A stretch of DNA of 63,290 bases, filler included, from an uncultured bacterium (lineage in GTDB: Bacteria; Auribacterota; CAZIXI01): the NCBI GenBank assembly GCA_964543115.1. It is 3 parts of 3 records of this genome, joined end to end, with 100 filler letters (N's around TTAATTAATTAA, not from the genome) between each part and the next. Parts side by side here need not be neighbours in the genome. Positions count along the whole stretch, not along the records: positions 1 to 21,426 come from CAZIXI010000029.1; positions 21,527 to 42,873 come from CAZIXI010000030.1; 1 more part is not named here. One strand, given 5' to 3'. Under the pieces are notes generated by a model. That model was not told the DNA's origin. It made no database searches and worked only from the letters and a program-made list of their open reading frames with translations. The translations under genes were made by a program, and so were the position numbers. The stretch's first letter is position 1; each line of letters begins with the position of its first letter. Of this stretch, positions 18,729-29,365 are shown in pieces.

Positions 18729-21426
18729 ATCGCTTTCTTTCTTCTAAACTTTTTTTGAATATCTTCAATAATCAGATAGGCGCAGGGAATAACCACCAGC
18801 GTCAAGCCGGTGGCAAACATCAGCCCCCAGCTCATACCCACAGCCATTGGCTGCAGGAACGGATCCAGCCCGCCGATGCCGTAAGCCACCGTTGCCAAGC
18901 CGCAAACAGTAGTGATTGTTGTCAATAATACGGGACGCAGCCTTAGTGAACCGGCTTCCAGTATCGCGTCACGAATGGGAATCGTCTCTCGGCGTTTATT
19001 GATGAAATCCACTAACACAATAGAATCGTTAACCACTACACCCGTTAAGCCGATAAACCCCATGATCCCGATAAACCCCAGCGGCATATCGTAAAGATGA
19101 AAGTGGATAAAAAAAGCGAAAATAAAGCCGATGATACCAAACGGTATGGTCAACATAACAATAAACGGCTGCAACAGAGAGTTAAATTGTGTGGCTAAAA
19201 TGACAAAGATAAGGAAGATAGCTATCAAAAAGGCCTGCATCAGGCTTTGCATGGATTCCACTGTTTCTTCATGCTCTCCGCCAACCTTGATGCTGTATCC
19301 CGGATATTCCAGCGGTATATCCTTAAAGTTATCCATAATCAATTTGTTTGCTTTTACGGATGTCATCTTTTTGCCGTCCACATCGGCGGTAACCGCGATA
19401 AACCGTTTTCCGTCAACGTGATTAAAAGAACGCAGCCCTTGTGAAGGGACAAATTTAGTTACCTGTTTCAAGGGGATAAGGTTTCCGAATTTGTTGGAAA
19501 TAACTACTTTATCAAAAATACCTTTATCGTTTCTGTCCTTTTCCGAGGCGCGCACAAGCACTTTGATTTCTTTCTCGGCTTTTTCTCTCTTGATCGTGGT
19601 AGCCACAACGCCGGAAAAACCCGCCTTGATCGCGTAGGCGATCTGGGAATTAGTTAAATACGCCTGCCGGGCCTTTTCCTCATCCACAATGACATTGATT
19701 TCCTCTATTCCCAAATCGTAGCTGTCGGAAAGATTGGATATTCCGGGCTGCATTTTAAGAAAATTCTTAACTTTACCGGCAATTTCTTTTATTGTTTCAA
19801 ATTTTTCACCGCGCACCCNNNNNNNNNNATGTCAACGGCTCGGCCGGTGGGCGGACCTTCTTTAAATTCCAGGAAATACAGTTTATCGGCGCCGTCAGGT
19901 TTAATCTTTTCATGCAATTCCTCCAATCCCGGCCTTAACCCCTCCATTATTTCCTTGGCCGTCTTATCCCGCTGGCCATAGGGCGTCAGATAAATATTTA
20001 CCTGGGCGTAATTGCTGCCCTTGCGCGCGTAAGGATCAAAACCGCGTTCTTCAAGTAATTCACCCACTATTGTTTCATGGGTGTCTAGGTACCGCTCGGG
20101 AACATTAGCGACAAAATCTTCAACTTGACTTACTAATTTATTGGTTCTTTGCAGGGATGTTCCGGTTTCCGCTTCCATCCGGATTGAAAATTGCTCGATC
20201 CCCCGGGCGGAAAATAATTCAAACGGCAGCCAGAATTTCGCGGTGATTAATGTCAAGATCAACAGACAGAATATTCCGGCGGCGACTTTATAGCGGTGGC
20301 TCAATGACCACCTGAGAATTGACTGATAGCTATTGAGCAACCACTGAAACCACCTGCTTTCTTTTTTTGACCGTCCATGTTTTGCCGCCCGGGCAAAATC
20401 AGCCAGATGCGACGGTAAGATAACAAAGGCCTCGATCACGGAAGCCGTTAGGGCAAAAATCACCACTAAAGGAATATAACGGACAAACTTGCCGATAATG
20501 CCGCTCATGAACATCAGCGGTGAAAAAGCCACCAAGGTGGTTAAAACCGTGGCCAGCACCGGCCGAGCCACTTCGTTGGTGCCGTGTACCGCTGCCTCGC
20601 GGGGATTCATACCGTTCTCTATGTGTCGGAAAACGTTTTCTGAGATAATAATCCCATCGTCAACGATTATCCCTAATACCATAACCAGGCCGAACATAGT
20701 CAGTAAATTAACGGTTATATCAAAGAAACTCATGATACAAAAAGTCATAAAAAAAGATATTGGTATTCCCAGCGCGGTCATGAATGCCGGCACAGGCGGC
20801 AGAAAAATAAAGAGGATGATAACAACCAGGAAGAAACCGATGATCCCGTTGGATCGCAGCACCTTTAACCTTCTCCTGACATAGTAAGAAATATCATAAA
20901 ACGTGGAAATGGTTATTTCCGGAGGCAGTTTTTCTCTGTAATTATCAACTATGTCATAGACGGCGCTGACCGTCTTGATAATATCGCCGTTTGCTCTTTT
21001 CAGCACTATCAGGGTAACGGCGCGTGATCCTTCGGCCCGGTTAATAACTAATTCATCTTCAAAATCCGGACGCACCACGGCAATATCCTTTACCTTTATC
21101 CAGTTGCCAAGATCGTTGGCCCGCACAACAGTGTCTTCGATATCTTCTTTGGTCAACAGTTCATTTTGTATCTTGATCATGAACTCCTTGCCGTTGTGCC
21201 GGTGCTTGCCGCCGGGGACACTTACGTTTTGCAGGCGCAGGGCGTCGGCGAGTTCCCGAAATGAGATATGATACTCCACCATCTTCCCTAGATCCGGTTC
21301 AACCCAGAATTCTTCGTCCCGCCAACCAATACGGTTAACCGCTGCGACTCCCTTTATACTTTCCAACTGATCCCTTAGGCTGTCGGCGCATTCCCGTAAT
21401 TTTGTTTCCGGCACCTCCCCACTGAC
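18725..21426 (-). CDS. Efflux RND transporter permease subunit (AcrB family); 5' end truncated by the contig end and interrupted by the N10 gap at 19819-19828
   Basis: Track ORFs 19789..21414 and 18725..19816 join as GPPTGRAVDI|VRGEKFE. Motifs GIIVDDGIIISENVFRH, GVVVNDSIVLVDFIN, RLRPVLLTTITT. Confidence 0.92.
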
Positions 21427-21526
21427 NNNNNNNNNNNNNNNNNNNNNNNNNNNNNNNNNNNNNNNNNNNNTTAATTAATTAANNNNNNNNNNNNNNNNNN
21501 NNNNNNNNNNNNNNNNNNNNNNNNNN
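21427..21526. other. Artificial contig-concatenation linker (N44-TTAATTAATTAA-N44)
   Basis: All-frame stop spacer flanked by 44 Ns on each side; an identical linker is at 42874-42973. Confidence 0.97.
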
Positions 21527-21597
21527 TTTTAGATTGTGGATTTAATTTATTTTAAATCCACAATCCACAAACTCAAATTATTTCAACTTAATCTATT

Positions 21598-22095
21598 CTA
21601 GCGTAATAACCAGGTTTTATCTATCGGAATATATTCAGTGGCCGCCTGGATCAATTCCCGGGCCGTACTTTTGTCGAAACTGACCACTTCCACTTTACAC
21701 CCCTGGGCCTTAAGCATCTCCACCAGGGGCACAAAATCACCGTCACCGCTAACCAGAATAACCACATCCAGTTTGGAGGCTATGGCCAGGGCATCAATCG
21801 CAATCCCCATATCCCAATCACCCTTAGCCGTACCATCAAGCCGGATACGCAATTCCTTACTCTTTATCTCATAACCCAAACGATCAAGCACATCAGTAAA
21901 ATTGCTCTGGTCCACATCTGATTTATGGACAATATAGGCAACCGCCCTGGTTAACCGCCGGCCATGAACGATAAATTCTAATAATTTCTTAAAATTCATC
22001 TTCCCATGATGCAGCGCCCGGGCAGAATAAAAAAGGTTCTGCACATCCACAAACACCCCTACCCGTTGGTCCGCATACACAGCTTTAGCTTTCAT
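21598..22095 (-). CDS. NYN domain protein (LabA/DUF88 family)
   Basis: VFVDVQNLFY, KGDWDMGIAID, LVSGDGDFVPLV. Confidence 0.92.
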   Translation of the reverse strand: MKAKAVYADQRVGVFVDVQNLFYSARALHHGKMNFKKLLEFIVHGRRLTRAVAYIVHKSDVDQSNFTDVLDRLGYEIKSKELRIRLDGTAKGDWDMGIAIDALAIASKLDVVILVSGDGDFVPLVEMLKAQGCKVEVVSFDKSTARELIQAATEYIPIDKTWLLR

Positions 22096-22116
22096 GCTTT
22101 GTATTATAACAATACC

Positions 22117-23244
22117 TTATGTTTTTGACAATATCTGTTCTGCCGCCAGATAAACCAGTTCCACACTGATTGATTCCATACATTCTTGTTCCGGACATTG
22201 CCGGCGGCGGCAAGGACGGCAAAAAATGTCGCTGAATAAAATCCTGTGTTGATGCCCCCAGGGACCGGTCCAAGGACCGGTACGGTGGGGATCGGTAGGG
22301 CCAAAGAGCGCCACTAACGGACAACCCAGGGCAGCAGCCAGGTGCATCGGGCCGGAATCATTGGTAATCAGAATGTCCGCTTGCGCCAGGATGGCCGCTA
22401 GTTGAACCAAATTGGTTGCGCCTGTCAAATCAGTAATTTTACCGCTCAGTTGAGCAATTATTTCCGCGGCTACCTCCCGGTCGGCAGCAGCCCCAACAAG
22501 AATAACTTTACCTTTAAATTTGTTTAATAGCTGCGCGTATTTTGCCGCCGGCCAGCGTTTTGTCCTCCAGCGGCCGCCGGGACAAACAGCTATCCGGGGA
22601 CTGCCCCCCGATTTCATCGGGGGACTGCCAGAGATGTATGGATATGGACTGCCCCCCGATTTCATCGGGGGACTGCTAGAGTGGAATGGATATAGACTGC
22701 TATCTTGCCATTGGCCGCCTGCCCACTGCATAAGCTCAGGGGGGATTTTTATATTGAAAACCGGTTCCGTTTCCGCGCAACCAAGATTATGCAGCAAGAA
22801 TAAATAGCGTTTGAGTGCCTGGGTCAGCGCCGGCGGCAGCTGAACGCGATGATTGTAAAACAACCAGGCACCTTCACGGGCATCGCGGAATCCCAGGCGC
22901 AGCGGCGCGCCGGAGGCCGCCGTCAGCAGCCCGGACCGCAGTAAACCCTGCAGATCGATCACTAAATCAAACCGTTCCCGCCTGATACCGCCAACCAACT
23001 TGCGCCATTCAGCAATATTTTTTAATAACCTGCCAAACCTGCCCCAGCGTTCCCGGAAAAAAGGTATTACTTTATCAACTGCCGGGCACAACCCCAACAA
23101 CTCAACATAGCTGTCATTTACCAGCCAGGTAATCTCCGCTGCCGCAAATTGTTCTTTCAGCGCGCTGGCCACCGGCAGGCTCTGAACAATATCCCCCAGC
23201 GAACTGGGCTTAATAATCAAAATTTTCTTAGGTTTGATATCCAT
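22117..23244 (-). CDS. GT9 lipopolysaccharide heptosyltransferase (WaaC/WaaF family) with an in-frame repeat insertion
   Basis: KPSSLGDIV, DLQGLLRSG, TNDSGPMHLAAALG, LFGPTDP; 32-aa insert SSLYPFHSSSPPMKSGGSPYPYISGSPPMKSGG. Confidence 0.92.
   Translation of the reverse strand: MDIKPKKILIIKPSSLGDIVQSLPVASALKEQFAAAEITWLVNDSYVELLGLCPAVDKVIPFFRERWGRFGRLLKNIAEWRKLVGGIRRERFDLVIDLQGLLRSGLLTAASGAPLRLGFRDAREGAWLFYNHRVQLPPALTQALKRYLFLLHNLGCAETEPVFNIKIPPELMQWAGGQWQDSSLYPFHSSSPPMKSGGSPYPYISGSPPMKSGGSPRIAVCPGGRWRTKRWPAAKYAQLLNKFKGKVILVGAAADREVAAEIIAQLSGKITDLTGATNLVQLAAILAQADILITNDSGPMHLAAALGCPLVALFGPTDPHRTGPWTGPWGHQHRILFSDIFCRPCRRRQCPEQECMESISVELVYLAAEQILSKT
22599..22700. repeat. Hairpin repeat family, two 48-bp units inside a CDS
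   Basis: GACTG-CCCCCCGATTTCATCGGGG-GACTGC(C/T)AGAG...ATGGATAT(G/A) twice, then GACTGC. Confidence 0.85.
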
Positions 23245-23250
23245 AATATA

Positions 23251-25629
23251 TTATCCAACAACCAATTTAGCAATACCCTTCAACCTTTCTTTACTCTCCC
23301 GCGGAAAATAACTGCGTAAGAACCGCCGGCGCATAGTACTGGAAACCAGCTGTGTATCGGGAAATGATCTCTGCAGCTGCCTAAAGTTATAGAGCCGCCG
23401 GCGCAGAGAAACATTATTGTAACAGGATAAATGATCTAAATCAATTAGGTAGAGCTTTCCTCTTCCATTATCACCCTGTACCAAAATATTACTGGCCTTT
23501 AAATCACGCGGGAATACCCCCCGTTCATGCAGCAGGCTTAAATAGCGGGCCACCCGGCTAAGGAAATCTATTTTTTGCTCCAGTGATAACCGCGGCCAAT
23601 TATGGCGCACCCATAAGGTGAGGTTCTCAGACCCCGGAATGTATTCACTGACAAAAATACTCTCTTTTAGTAACGGCCCCTTTCTCTCTTCCAGCGCCAC
23701 TACCGGCTGCGGCGTCATAATCTCGCGTGTGCGCAAGGCCCAACTGGCCCGCCAGGACCGGAAAGCCCGCGAATAACGACAGGCATCTTTAAGGTAGCGC
23801 GCAATGTTTTTCTGCCGGGAGAGCTTAAAAACTACATCACCAACTCCCGGGACTGTTCGACGGTCAACATAACTGCTCGGTGAGTTTTTTATTTCCTGCC
23901 CGGCCTTGGCAAATAGGCCGGCGAGATCCACGTCCCGGTAAACGGGATTAAGACAATACCTCTGCCGGCGAAACCTTCCCCGCAAGGCATATTTTTTCTT
24001 CTTAAAGTATAACCGGTCACGCTTTTGCCATAAACGGTGACAGGCACGTTTAGTCTTTTTCTCGATCTCAACCGCTAACGATCTCCGCTCATTTATCCGG
24101 CTGCTGCGCTCAAGATACCGGCAGAGAAACCGCAGCCGGCAGACTGGCTTGACCCAGACGGAAAAAAACATATTAAACTGCACTAGGTTATTAATCATTT
24201 GCCTGTTGGATAACCGCAGCTTTAGCACCGCCCGATGAAAATCAGTAACATAGAAATAAAATCCTTTTTCTGTCTCTGCTACAAGGATATTCCCGGCGTG
24301 TAAGTCTCCGTGATAGAACCCTATTTCATGTAACCTGCCGATAAGATCCGCTACTCCCCTGCTTAAATTAATTTTATCGGCCAGCGTCAACCTGCCCTGC
24401 TCGGCAATAATATATTCATGCAGGGATCTGACTCCCATTAACTTCTTGGTGATCAGACAGTTTGGCCCAAGGGCAACAGCCTCGACTGTGGGCACAGCCA
24501 GCTGGCCTAAGCGATTAATTAACTGCCATTCTTTACGCGCCGGATTTTTGCCCTGATAAAATTTAATATAAAAATTTCCCTGATATTCACATAAACGCCG
24601 CTGGGGATTTTCTTTCAGAAGCTGCAGGTCACGGGCGCCTGAGAGTATTGCCTGACGATTATCTTCCCACCAGCGGACATATTCTTTGCGTACCTGCCAA
24701 TTTCTCTGACGAATAAAATTAGCGGATCCCAATCCCCAGGTTCCCGGGCAGCCGCGTAAATGCCACCAGCTTAATGTAGCGTATTGTTTTAATTTTCCGC
24801 TAAAAGAACGAACACAAAACATCGTAACCAGGGCAGCAATAAAATTTACCAACAAATCAACAGCCAGTTTTATCATCAATCCGGTCTTTAACAGTGCTCC
24901 GTACCAGAACGGATAATGGCAGCGGAAAAAAGAATAACGGGAACGCCAGTATTCAATCCGGGCGGCAGCCGACTTTCCGGCCGCACTGGCCCCTCCCTGA
25001 TGATAAACTTTTGCCTGAGGCAGCCAGTAAACCTGCCAACCGGCCTGCCGCAACCGCCAGCAAAGATCTGTCTCTTCCAGAAACAGAAAATATCTTTCAT
25101 CAAATCCGGCGACCAAACTCAGGGCCTCCCGTCGCACCAACATACAGGCCCCCCGCACACTGGGCACCGGCTGCGGTTTTAGAGCACTAGCAGCCAGCCT
25201 TAAATGATACCCGCATAACTCCGTTCTCAACGAAGGGAAAGCGGTACAGGTATTTTGCCTGGCCCCATTGGGATGAAGCAGGCTGGGAGTGATTAAACCC
25301 GCCCGGGGACAATCTTCCATAAAATCAATCATCAGCTTCAGCGCCCCGGGAGTTAACTGGACATCAGAATTTAACAGTAAACAATATTTCCCCCGGGCAA
25401 CCTTCAGCCCGCGGTTATTGGCCACGGCAAATCCCATATTTTCTGGGAGGGCAATCAATGTTACCTGCGGAAATCTTTGCCGGATCAGGTCACCACTGCC
25501 GTCAGTTGATCCATTATCAACAACCATCACCTCGGTTAACAGTTCCGCCGCTACACTGCTATATACCACCTGCAGGCACCTGAACAGTAAGTCCTTTGTA
25601 TTCCAGTTAACAATAATAACCGATACCAT
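23251..25629 (-). CDS. GT2 glycosyltransferase fused to two LPS (Kdo/WaaP-like) kinase domains
   Basis: VSVIIVNWNT...LLLNSD...FLEETDLC; then YHGDLHAGNILV...TDFHRA and FPRDLKASNILV...LIDLDH. Confidence 0.88.
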   Translation of the reverse strand: MVSVIIVNWNTKDLLFRCLQVVYSSVAAELLTEVMVVDNGSTDGSGDLIRQRFPQVTLIALPENMGFAVANNRGLKVARGKYCLLLNSDVQLTPGALKLMIDFMEDCPRAGLITPSLLHPNGARQNTCTAFPSLRTELCGYHLRLAASALKPQPVPSVRGACMLVRREALSLVAGFDERYFLFLEETDLCWRLRQAGWQVYWLPQAKVYHQGGASAAGKSAAARIEYWRSRYSFFRCHYPFWYGALLKTGLMIKLAVDLLVNFIAALVTMFCVRSFSGKLKQYATLSWWHLRGCPGTWGLGSANFIRQRNWQVRKEYVRWWEDNRQAILSGARDLQLLKENPQRRLCEYQGNFYIKFYQGKNPARKEWQLINRLGQLAVPTVEAVALGPNCLITKKLMGVRSLHEYIIAEQGRLTLADKINLSRGVADLIGRLHEIGFYHGDLHAGNILVAETEKGFYFYVTDFHRAVLKLRLSNRQMINNLVQFNMFFSVWVKPVCRLRFLCRYLERSSRINERRSLAVEIEKKTKRACHRLWQKRDRLYFKKKKYALRGRFRRQRYCLNPVYRDVDLAGLFAKAGQEIKNSPSSYVDRRTVPGVGDVVFKLSRQKNIARYLKDACRYSRAFRSWRASWALRTREIMTPQPVVALEERKGPLLKESIFVSEYIPGSENLTLWVRHNWPRLSLEQKIDFLSRVARYLSLLHERGVFPRDLKASNILVQGDNGRGKLYLIDLDHLSCYNNVSLRRRLYNFRQLQRSFPDTQLVSSTMRRRFLRSYFPRESKERLKGIAKLVVG

Positions 25630-25651
25630 AACTCCCTCTTCCCCGCAAATA

Positions 25652-27007
25652 CTAGCGTTTATAGATTTTCAGGCCCGTATTTATTGTGTGCAGTAATTCC
25701 AGCCCGGCAAACTCCTCATCCCCGACTATATACTCCGCCCGTGCGCTGCCCCAGGGGATATACCGGCCCTGCGCGTAAAAAGCCACTCGTTCATCCTTCG
25801 CCATGATTTTGGCCCCGGGAAAAGTATGAGCTCCCAGCCATAAACCCGCTGTTTTCCATTGCCCCCCCCTTTTATGCACCGGCGTTAAGGTATTCGGAAG
25901 CATGATTAAAATAACCGCCCAGAGAGCTACCGTACCAACTCGCCGCCGGGTGCGTGATTCTAGCCAGGCGACGGTATTTAACCAACCAAAGGCCGCCAAA
26001 AAAAGCAGTAAAGGCACCCAGCTAACCAGATATCGGCGGCCGGGATGATACAGGGCATAACCAAGACAATAGACGAAAAAAAGAGAAAATATATACCAGG
26101 CCGGCGGCTTCCAGTTCGGCGGCCAGCGATTAAATAGAGCGATTAAGAGAAAAATAAACAGTAGGGGATGATAGGCATCCGGAAACCGGCCGGCTAGCAC
26201 GAGTAAATCCTTGCCTATCTTCCGGCAAAAAAGAGCGGGCTGACTAATTAAATACTGCACAGGGGTAATTTCTTCGAGAGTATCCGTATACCCCTCTTCC
26301 TGCAGGGCCAGGGAAAAAACCACTGTTTGTTTCTGGCTGACCAGCCACTGCCCGGTTATCTCATGAACAACACCCAGATAGGGAAAAGTGATTAAAAGAA
26401 ACACAATCACAGCCAACGCTACGTTAATCAATCTGCGGCCAATCCCGGCTCCCGCACCGGGAAAAATCCACCAGCTGGGAATAAGCAGCATTAGCACCAC
26501 CGCCTCCGGCTTAGTCAGATAAGCCAGGGCACAGGCGATCCCCATCCCCAAAACCGGAAAAACATTTTCCTTTCTCCGCGCCTGCCAACCCAGAAATATG
26601 GTTAAAATCAGAAAAAAGGTGAATACCGTTTCCGCTAACACCTCCGCTGAATATCTAACCAGAAATGGATGGAAGACGGCAAAGATGGTTGCTATCCCGG
26701 CTACCCTAAGAGAAAAAATCTCTTTTGTAACAAAATATGTCAGGGCAACCACACCCAGGCCGAAAATAAGTGAAATCAAAGTACCGCTCAATTCCGGCTC
26801 CAGCCCGCGGCCTGTCAATAGACTGATAAGCCAGGGGTAAAACGGCGGCCACAGAGGATGAAATCCGCCACCAGCCAGTAATCTTTCCGCTGTTTTGATA
26901 TAGGCCGCTCCGTCACTGGCGATACAATAGACCAGGGAGATCTTATATACCCTGACAATCAGGGCCAGCAACAGCCAGAACCAGAGATTAAACCTTATTT
27001 TCTGCAT
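25652..27007 (-). CDS. ArnT/PMT-like (GT39/GT83) membrane glycosyltransferase
   Basis: IASDGAAYIKTAE, WPPFYPWLI, YSAEVLAETVF, LTKPEA; multiple TM helices. Confidence 0.8.
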   Translation of the reverse strand: MQKIRFNLWFWLLLALIVRVYKISLVYCIASDGAAYIKTAERLLAGGGFHPLWPPFYPWLISLLTGRGLEPELSGTLISLIFGLGVVALTYFVTKEIFSLRVAGIATIFAVFHPFLVRYSAEVLAETVFTFFLILTIFLGWQARRKENVFPVLGMGIACALAYLTKPEAVVLMLLIPSWWIFPGAGAGIGRRLINVALAVIVFLLITFPYLGVVHEITGQWLVSQKQTVVFSLALQEEGYTDTLEEITPVQYLISQPALFCRKIGKDLLVLAGRFPDAYHPLLFIFLLIALFNRWPPNWKPPAWYIFSLFFVYCLGYALYHPGRRYLVSWVPLLLFLAAFGWLNTVAWLESRTRRRVGTVALWAVILIMLPNTLTPVHKRGGQWKTAGLWLGAHTFPGAKIMAKDERVAFYAQGRYIPWGSARAEYIVGDEEFAGLELLHTINTGLKIYKR

Positions 27008-28226
27008 AGTCTTTTAAAACAATTACCCACATTAACAGCCAAATAAGCATTAACTGGGAGAAGGAATCCCCGACAAATTGCCAGCTGAACGGGCAATCGG
27101 TCAGTGAATAGAACAAAAAACAAAAAATACCCAGCAGGCATCCGTATCTTATTGCCCGGAATAATCCGGGAGGAGTTGATAACAAATTCTTTATCCCCCT
27201 GTAAGATCCTACGAGAACCAGCAGAAAAAACACCAGTATACCCAGCAATCCTGTTTCCACTAAAAGCTGCAGATAAAGGCTGTGGGCATGGCGGATAATC
27301 CTGGTAACCTCTCCCCGGGCCGGCAGTATTTCTTCCTGCTGCTGACGATAGGCCTCAGTAAAAGAACCCGGCCCGCTGCCCAGCAATGGATGTTCTTCGA
27401 TAAGTGTAACCGTATTCTTCCAGACCTTAAACCGGCTTTGTATATTCACTTCATTAATATCGAAAATCGACTGCAGCCGGTTACTGATTAACGGCGGCGC
27501 TAAACAAAGGAGGATCAGGCCGGTCACCAAGACCAGCCAGATAAGCTTCCGCCAGCGCATCCCGAGAAGACCAACCAGGGCCACCAGCCCGGCCAGCCAG
27601 GCCCCACGCGAATAAGTAAAAGCCAGGCCGGTAAGCAATAAAATAATATTTAGGGCTAACAGCCAGACGTACACTCTTTTTTTAACCACATTTGCCCCTA
27701 AAATACTTCCGGAAAAACAGAGATTAAGCACCAGGAATAATCCCAGGGCATTTTTGCCGGCCCAAAAAGGGTAGCGCTCAATAATCTGCCCCGGACTGAC
27801 AGAACAATGAAAATAAAGATCAACGACATTAACAACCGCCCCGATTATAATCAGCATAAAAACACTGACCAGGACATTTCTCTTGTCTGCAAGAATCTGC
27901 CAGAGGGCGTAAAACCAGCCCAGGTAAATCACCAGCACAATAACGGCAACCCAGCTCTCCGGCTGATATTGAGAAAACATCGAGGTGATTAATCCCGTCA
28001 GAATAACCAAAATTACCCAGGGAGAAAACCCGCGCAGGTTCCCTTTCCGCCGAACCAGCCAAAGCAGGAACCCCCAGCAAATAAATAACAAGGTAATATT
28101 TTTTACACTGGTAAAGCTCAGGCTGAACCAGCTGGTTGTGACCCGGAAAACTTCTCCCTTGGCAAACAATCCGGCCAGGAGCACAAGAAATATTACCTGG
28201 TATCCTTTTTCTAAAAACTTTTTCAT
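26988..28226 (-). CDS. O-antigen ligase family protein (WaaL/Wzy_C)
   Basis: TYSRGAWLA, SRFKVWK...IEEHPLLGSGPGSF, HAHSLYLQLLVETGLLG. Confidence 0.9.
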   Translation of the reverse strand: MKKFLEKGYQVIFLVLLAGLFAKGEVFRVTTSWFSLSFTSVKNITLLFICWGFLLWLVRRKGNLRGFSPWVILVILTGLITSMFSQYQPESWVAVIVLVIYLGWFYALWQILADKRNVLVSVFMLIIIGAVVNVVDLYFHCSVSPGQIIERYPFWAGKNALGLFLVLNLCFSGSILGANVVKKRVYVWLLALNIILLLTGLAFTYSRGAWLAGLVALVGLLGMRWRKLIWLVLVTGLILLCLAPPLISNRLQSIFDINEVNIQSRFKVWKNTVTLIEEHPLLGSGPGSFTEAYRQQQEEILPARGEVTRIIRHAHSLYLQLLVETGLLGILVFFLLVLVGSYRGIKNLLSTPPGLFRAIRYGCLLGIFCFLFYSLTDCPFSWQFVGDSFSQLMLIWLLMWVIVLKDYAENKV

Positions 28227-28235
28227 ATTTGTCGT

Positions 28236-29141
28236 TTACATCCGCCAGAGGAATTCCCCTAATCTGTTCCGCAAAAATTCTCTTTTTGCCCGTTCGGCCG
28301 GTTTAAGGATAACATCCAAACCCAGTTCCAATAAAAACAAGGGCTTGTAGACACATTTAAAGGCACAGGCAATCCCTGCCGAATAGTGTTTATCCACAAA
28401 AAGAAACATGCTTCTGGTAGAATAATAAAAAACCGCACTCCTGGCCTGATGACGGCTGCCGCCTCCCAGATGGGTAACCGTGGCTGCCGGCAGATAGAAA
28501 ACATTATAACCCATTTCCCGGACCCGCAAACAGAGGTCAACCTCTTCATAAAACATGAAAAACCTGCTGTCCATCCCGCTAAGCGCCCGCCACAACTCTT
28601 TTTTGATTAAAAAAGCCGCACCAGAAACCTGATCAACCTTGGCGGCCTCTGTAATAGAAAGATACCGTACCAGCCGCTGTTTTCGAAAACCGGGTAAGAT
28701 ACGCCCCAAAATCGTATCCCGGATCAACAGGCGCAGCAGTGTCGGAAAACGGCGCACAGAATTCTGCGCCCTTCCCTTTCTATCCAGCAAGCGGGCGCCA
28801 ACAATCCCGGCCCAGGAACTTTTTTCCATAAACTCCACTAACCTGCTCAGACAGTGTTGCTGAGGAATTGTGTCCGGATTAAGTAAAAAAAGGTACTTAC
28901 CCTGTGCCCGTTGGGCTCCTTGATTACAGCCCCGGGCAAAACCAATATTCTCCCTGTTGCTTACAAGAATAACATGAGGATAATTCTCTGCCAGATATGC
29001 AGCCGAGCCATCTTCGGAAGCATTATCAACGACAATTACCTCATATGGCAATTCTCCGCAAGCCGCGGGCACGGAATCAATACAGCGCTTGAGAAATTCT
29101 TTCGTGTTCCAGTTAACGATAATAATAGATATTAAAATCAT
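28236..29141 (-). CDS. GT2 family glycosyltransferase
   Basis: ISIIIVNWNT, VVDNASEDGS, LLNPDT, FMFYEEVDLC. Confidence 0.92.
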   Translation of the reverse strand: MILISIIIVNWNTKEFLKRCIDSVPAACGELPYEVIVVDNASEDGSAAYLAENYPHVILVSNRENIGFARGCNQGAQRAQGKYLFLLNPDTIPQQHCLSRLVEFMEKSSWAGIVGARLLDRKGRAQNSVRRFPTLLRLLIRDTILGRILPGFRKQRLVRYLSITEAAKVDQVSGAAFLIKKELWRALSGMDSRFFMFYEEVDLCLRVREMGYNVFYLPAATVTHLGGGSRHQARSAVFYYSTRSMFLFVDKHYSAGIACAFKCVYKPLFLLELGLDVILKPAERAKREFLRNRLGEFLWRM

Positions 29142-29217
29142 AATTAAATTTTACTTATATTTTATTTATTAAAATTTTCTCAACTACTATTAGGAATAAA
29201 TTTTCGTTGCTTTTCTT

Positions 29218-29312
29218 AACGCAGAGACGCAAAACAAGCAGAGATTCGCAAAGTTTTTTAGCATTTTACTATTAAATCATCTTTTCTCTGCGTCCTCTGC
29301 GAACTCTGCGTT
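29218..29312. repeat. Inverted short-tandem-repeat element (CGCAGAG/CTCTGCG arms)
   Basis: AACGCAGAG..GCAGAG..CGCAAAG ... CTCTGCGT CCTCTGCGA ACTCTGCGTT. Confidence 0.7.
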
Positions 29313-29365
29313 TATTATACCTTTTCAGTGACAAATACTCACCTCTTAAAGCACGATATACGCGC

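Noticed and set aside
19789..19828. RND permease as two genes or a pseudogene
   Set aside because: The break coincides with an N10 gap, and the conserved GPP.G..V.I.VRG motif reads straight across.
21427..21526. TTAATTAATTAA palindrome as a biological site, and gene linkage across it (also 42874-42973)
   Set aside because: It is an artificial all-frame-stop linker, so adjacency between the three contig pieces carries no biological meaning.
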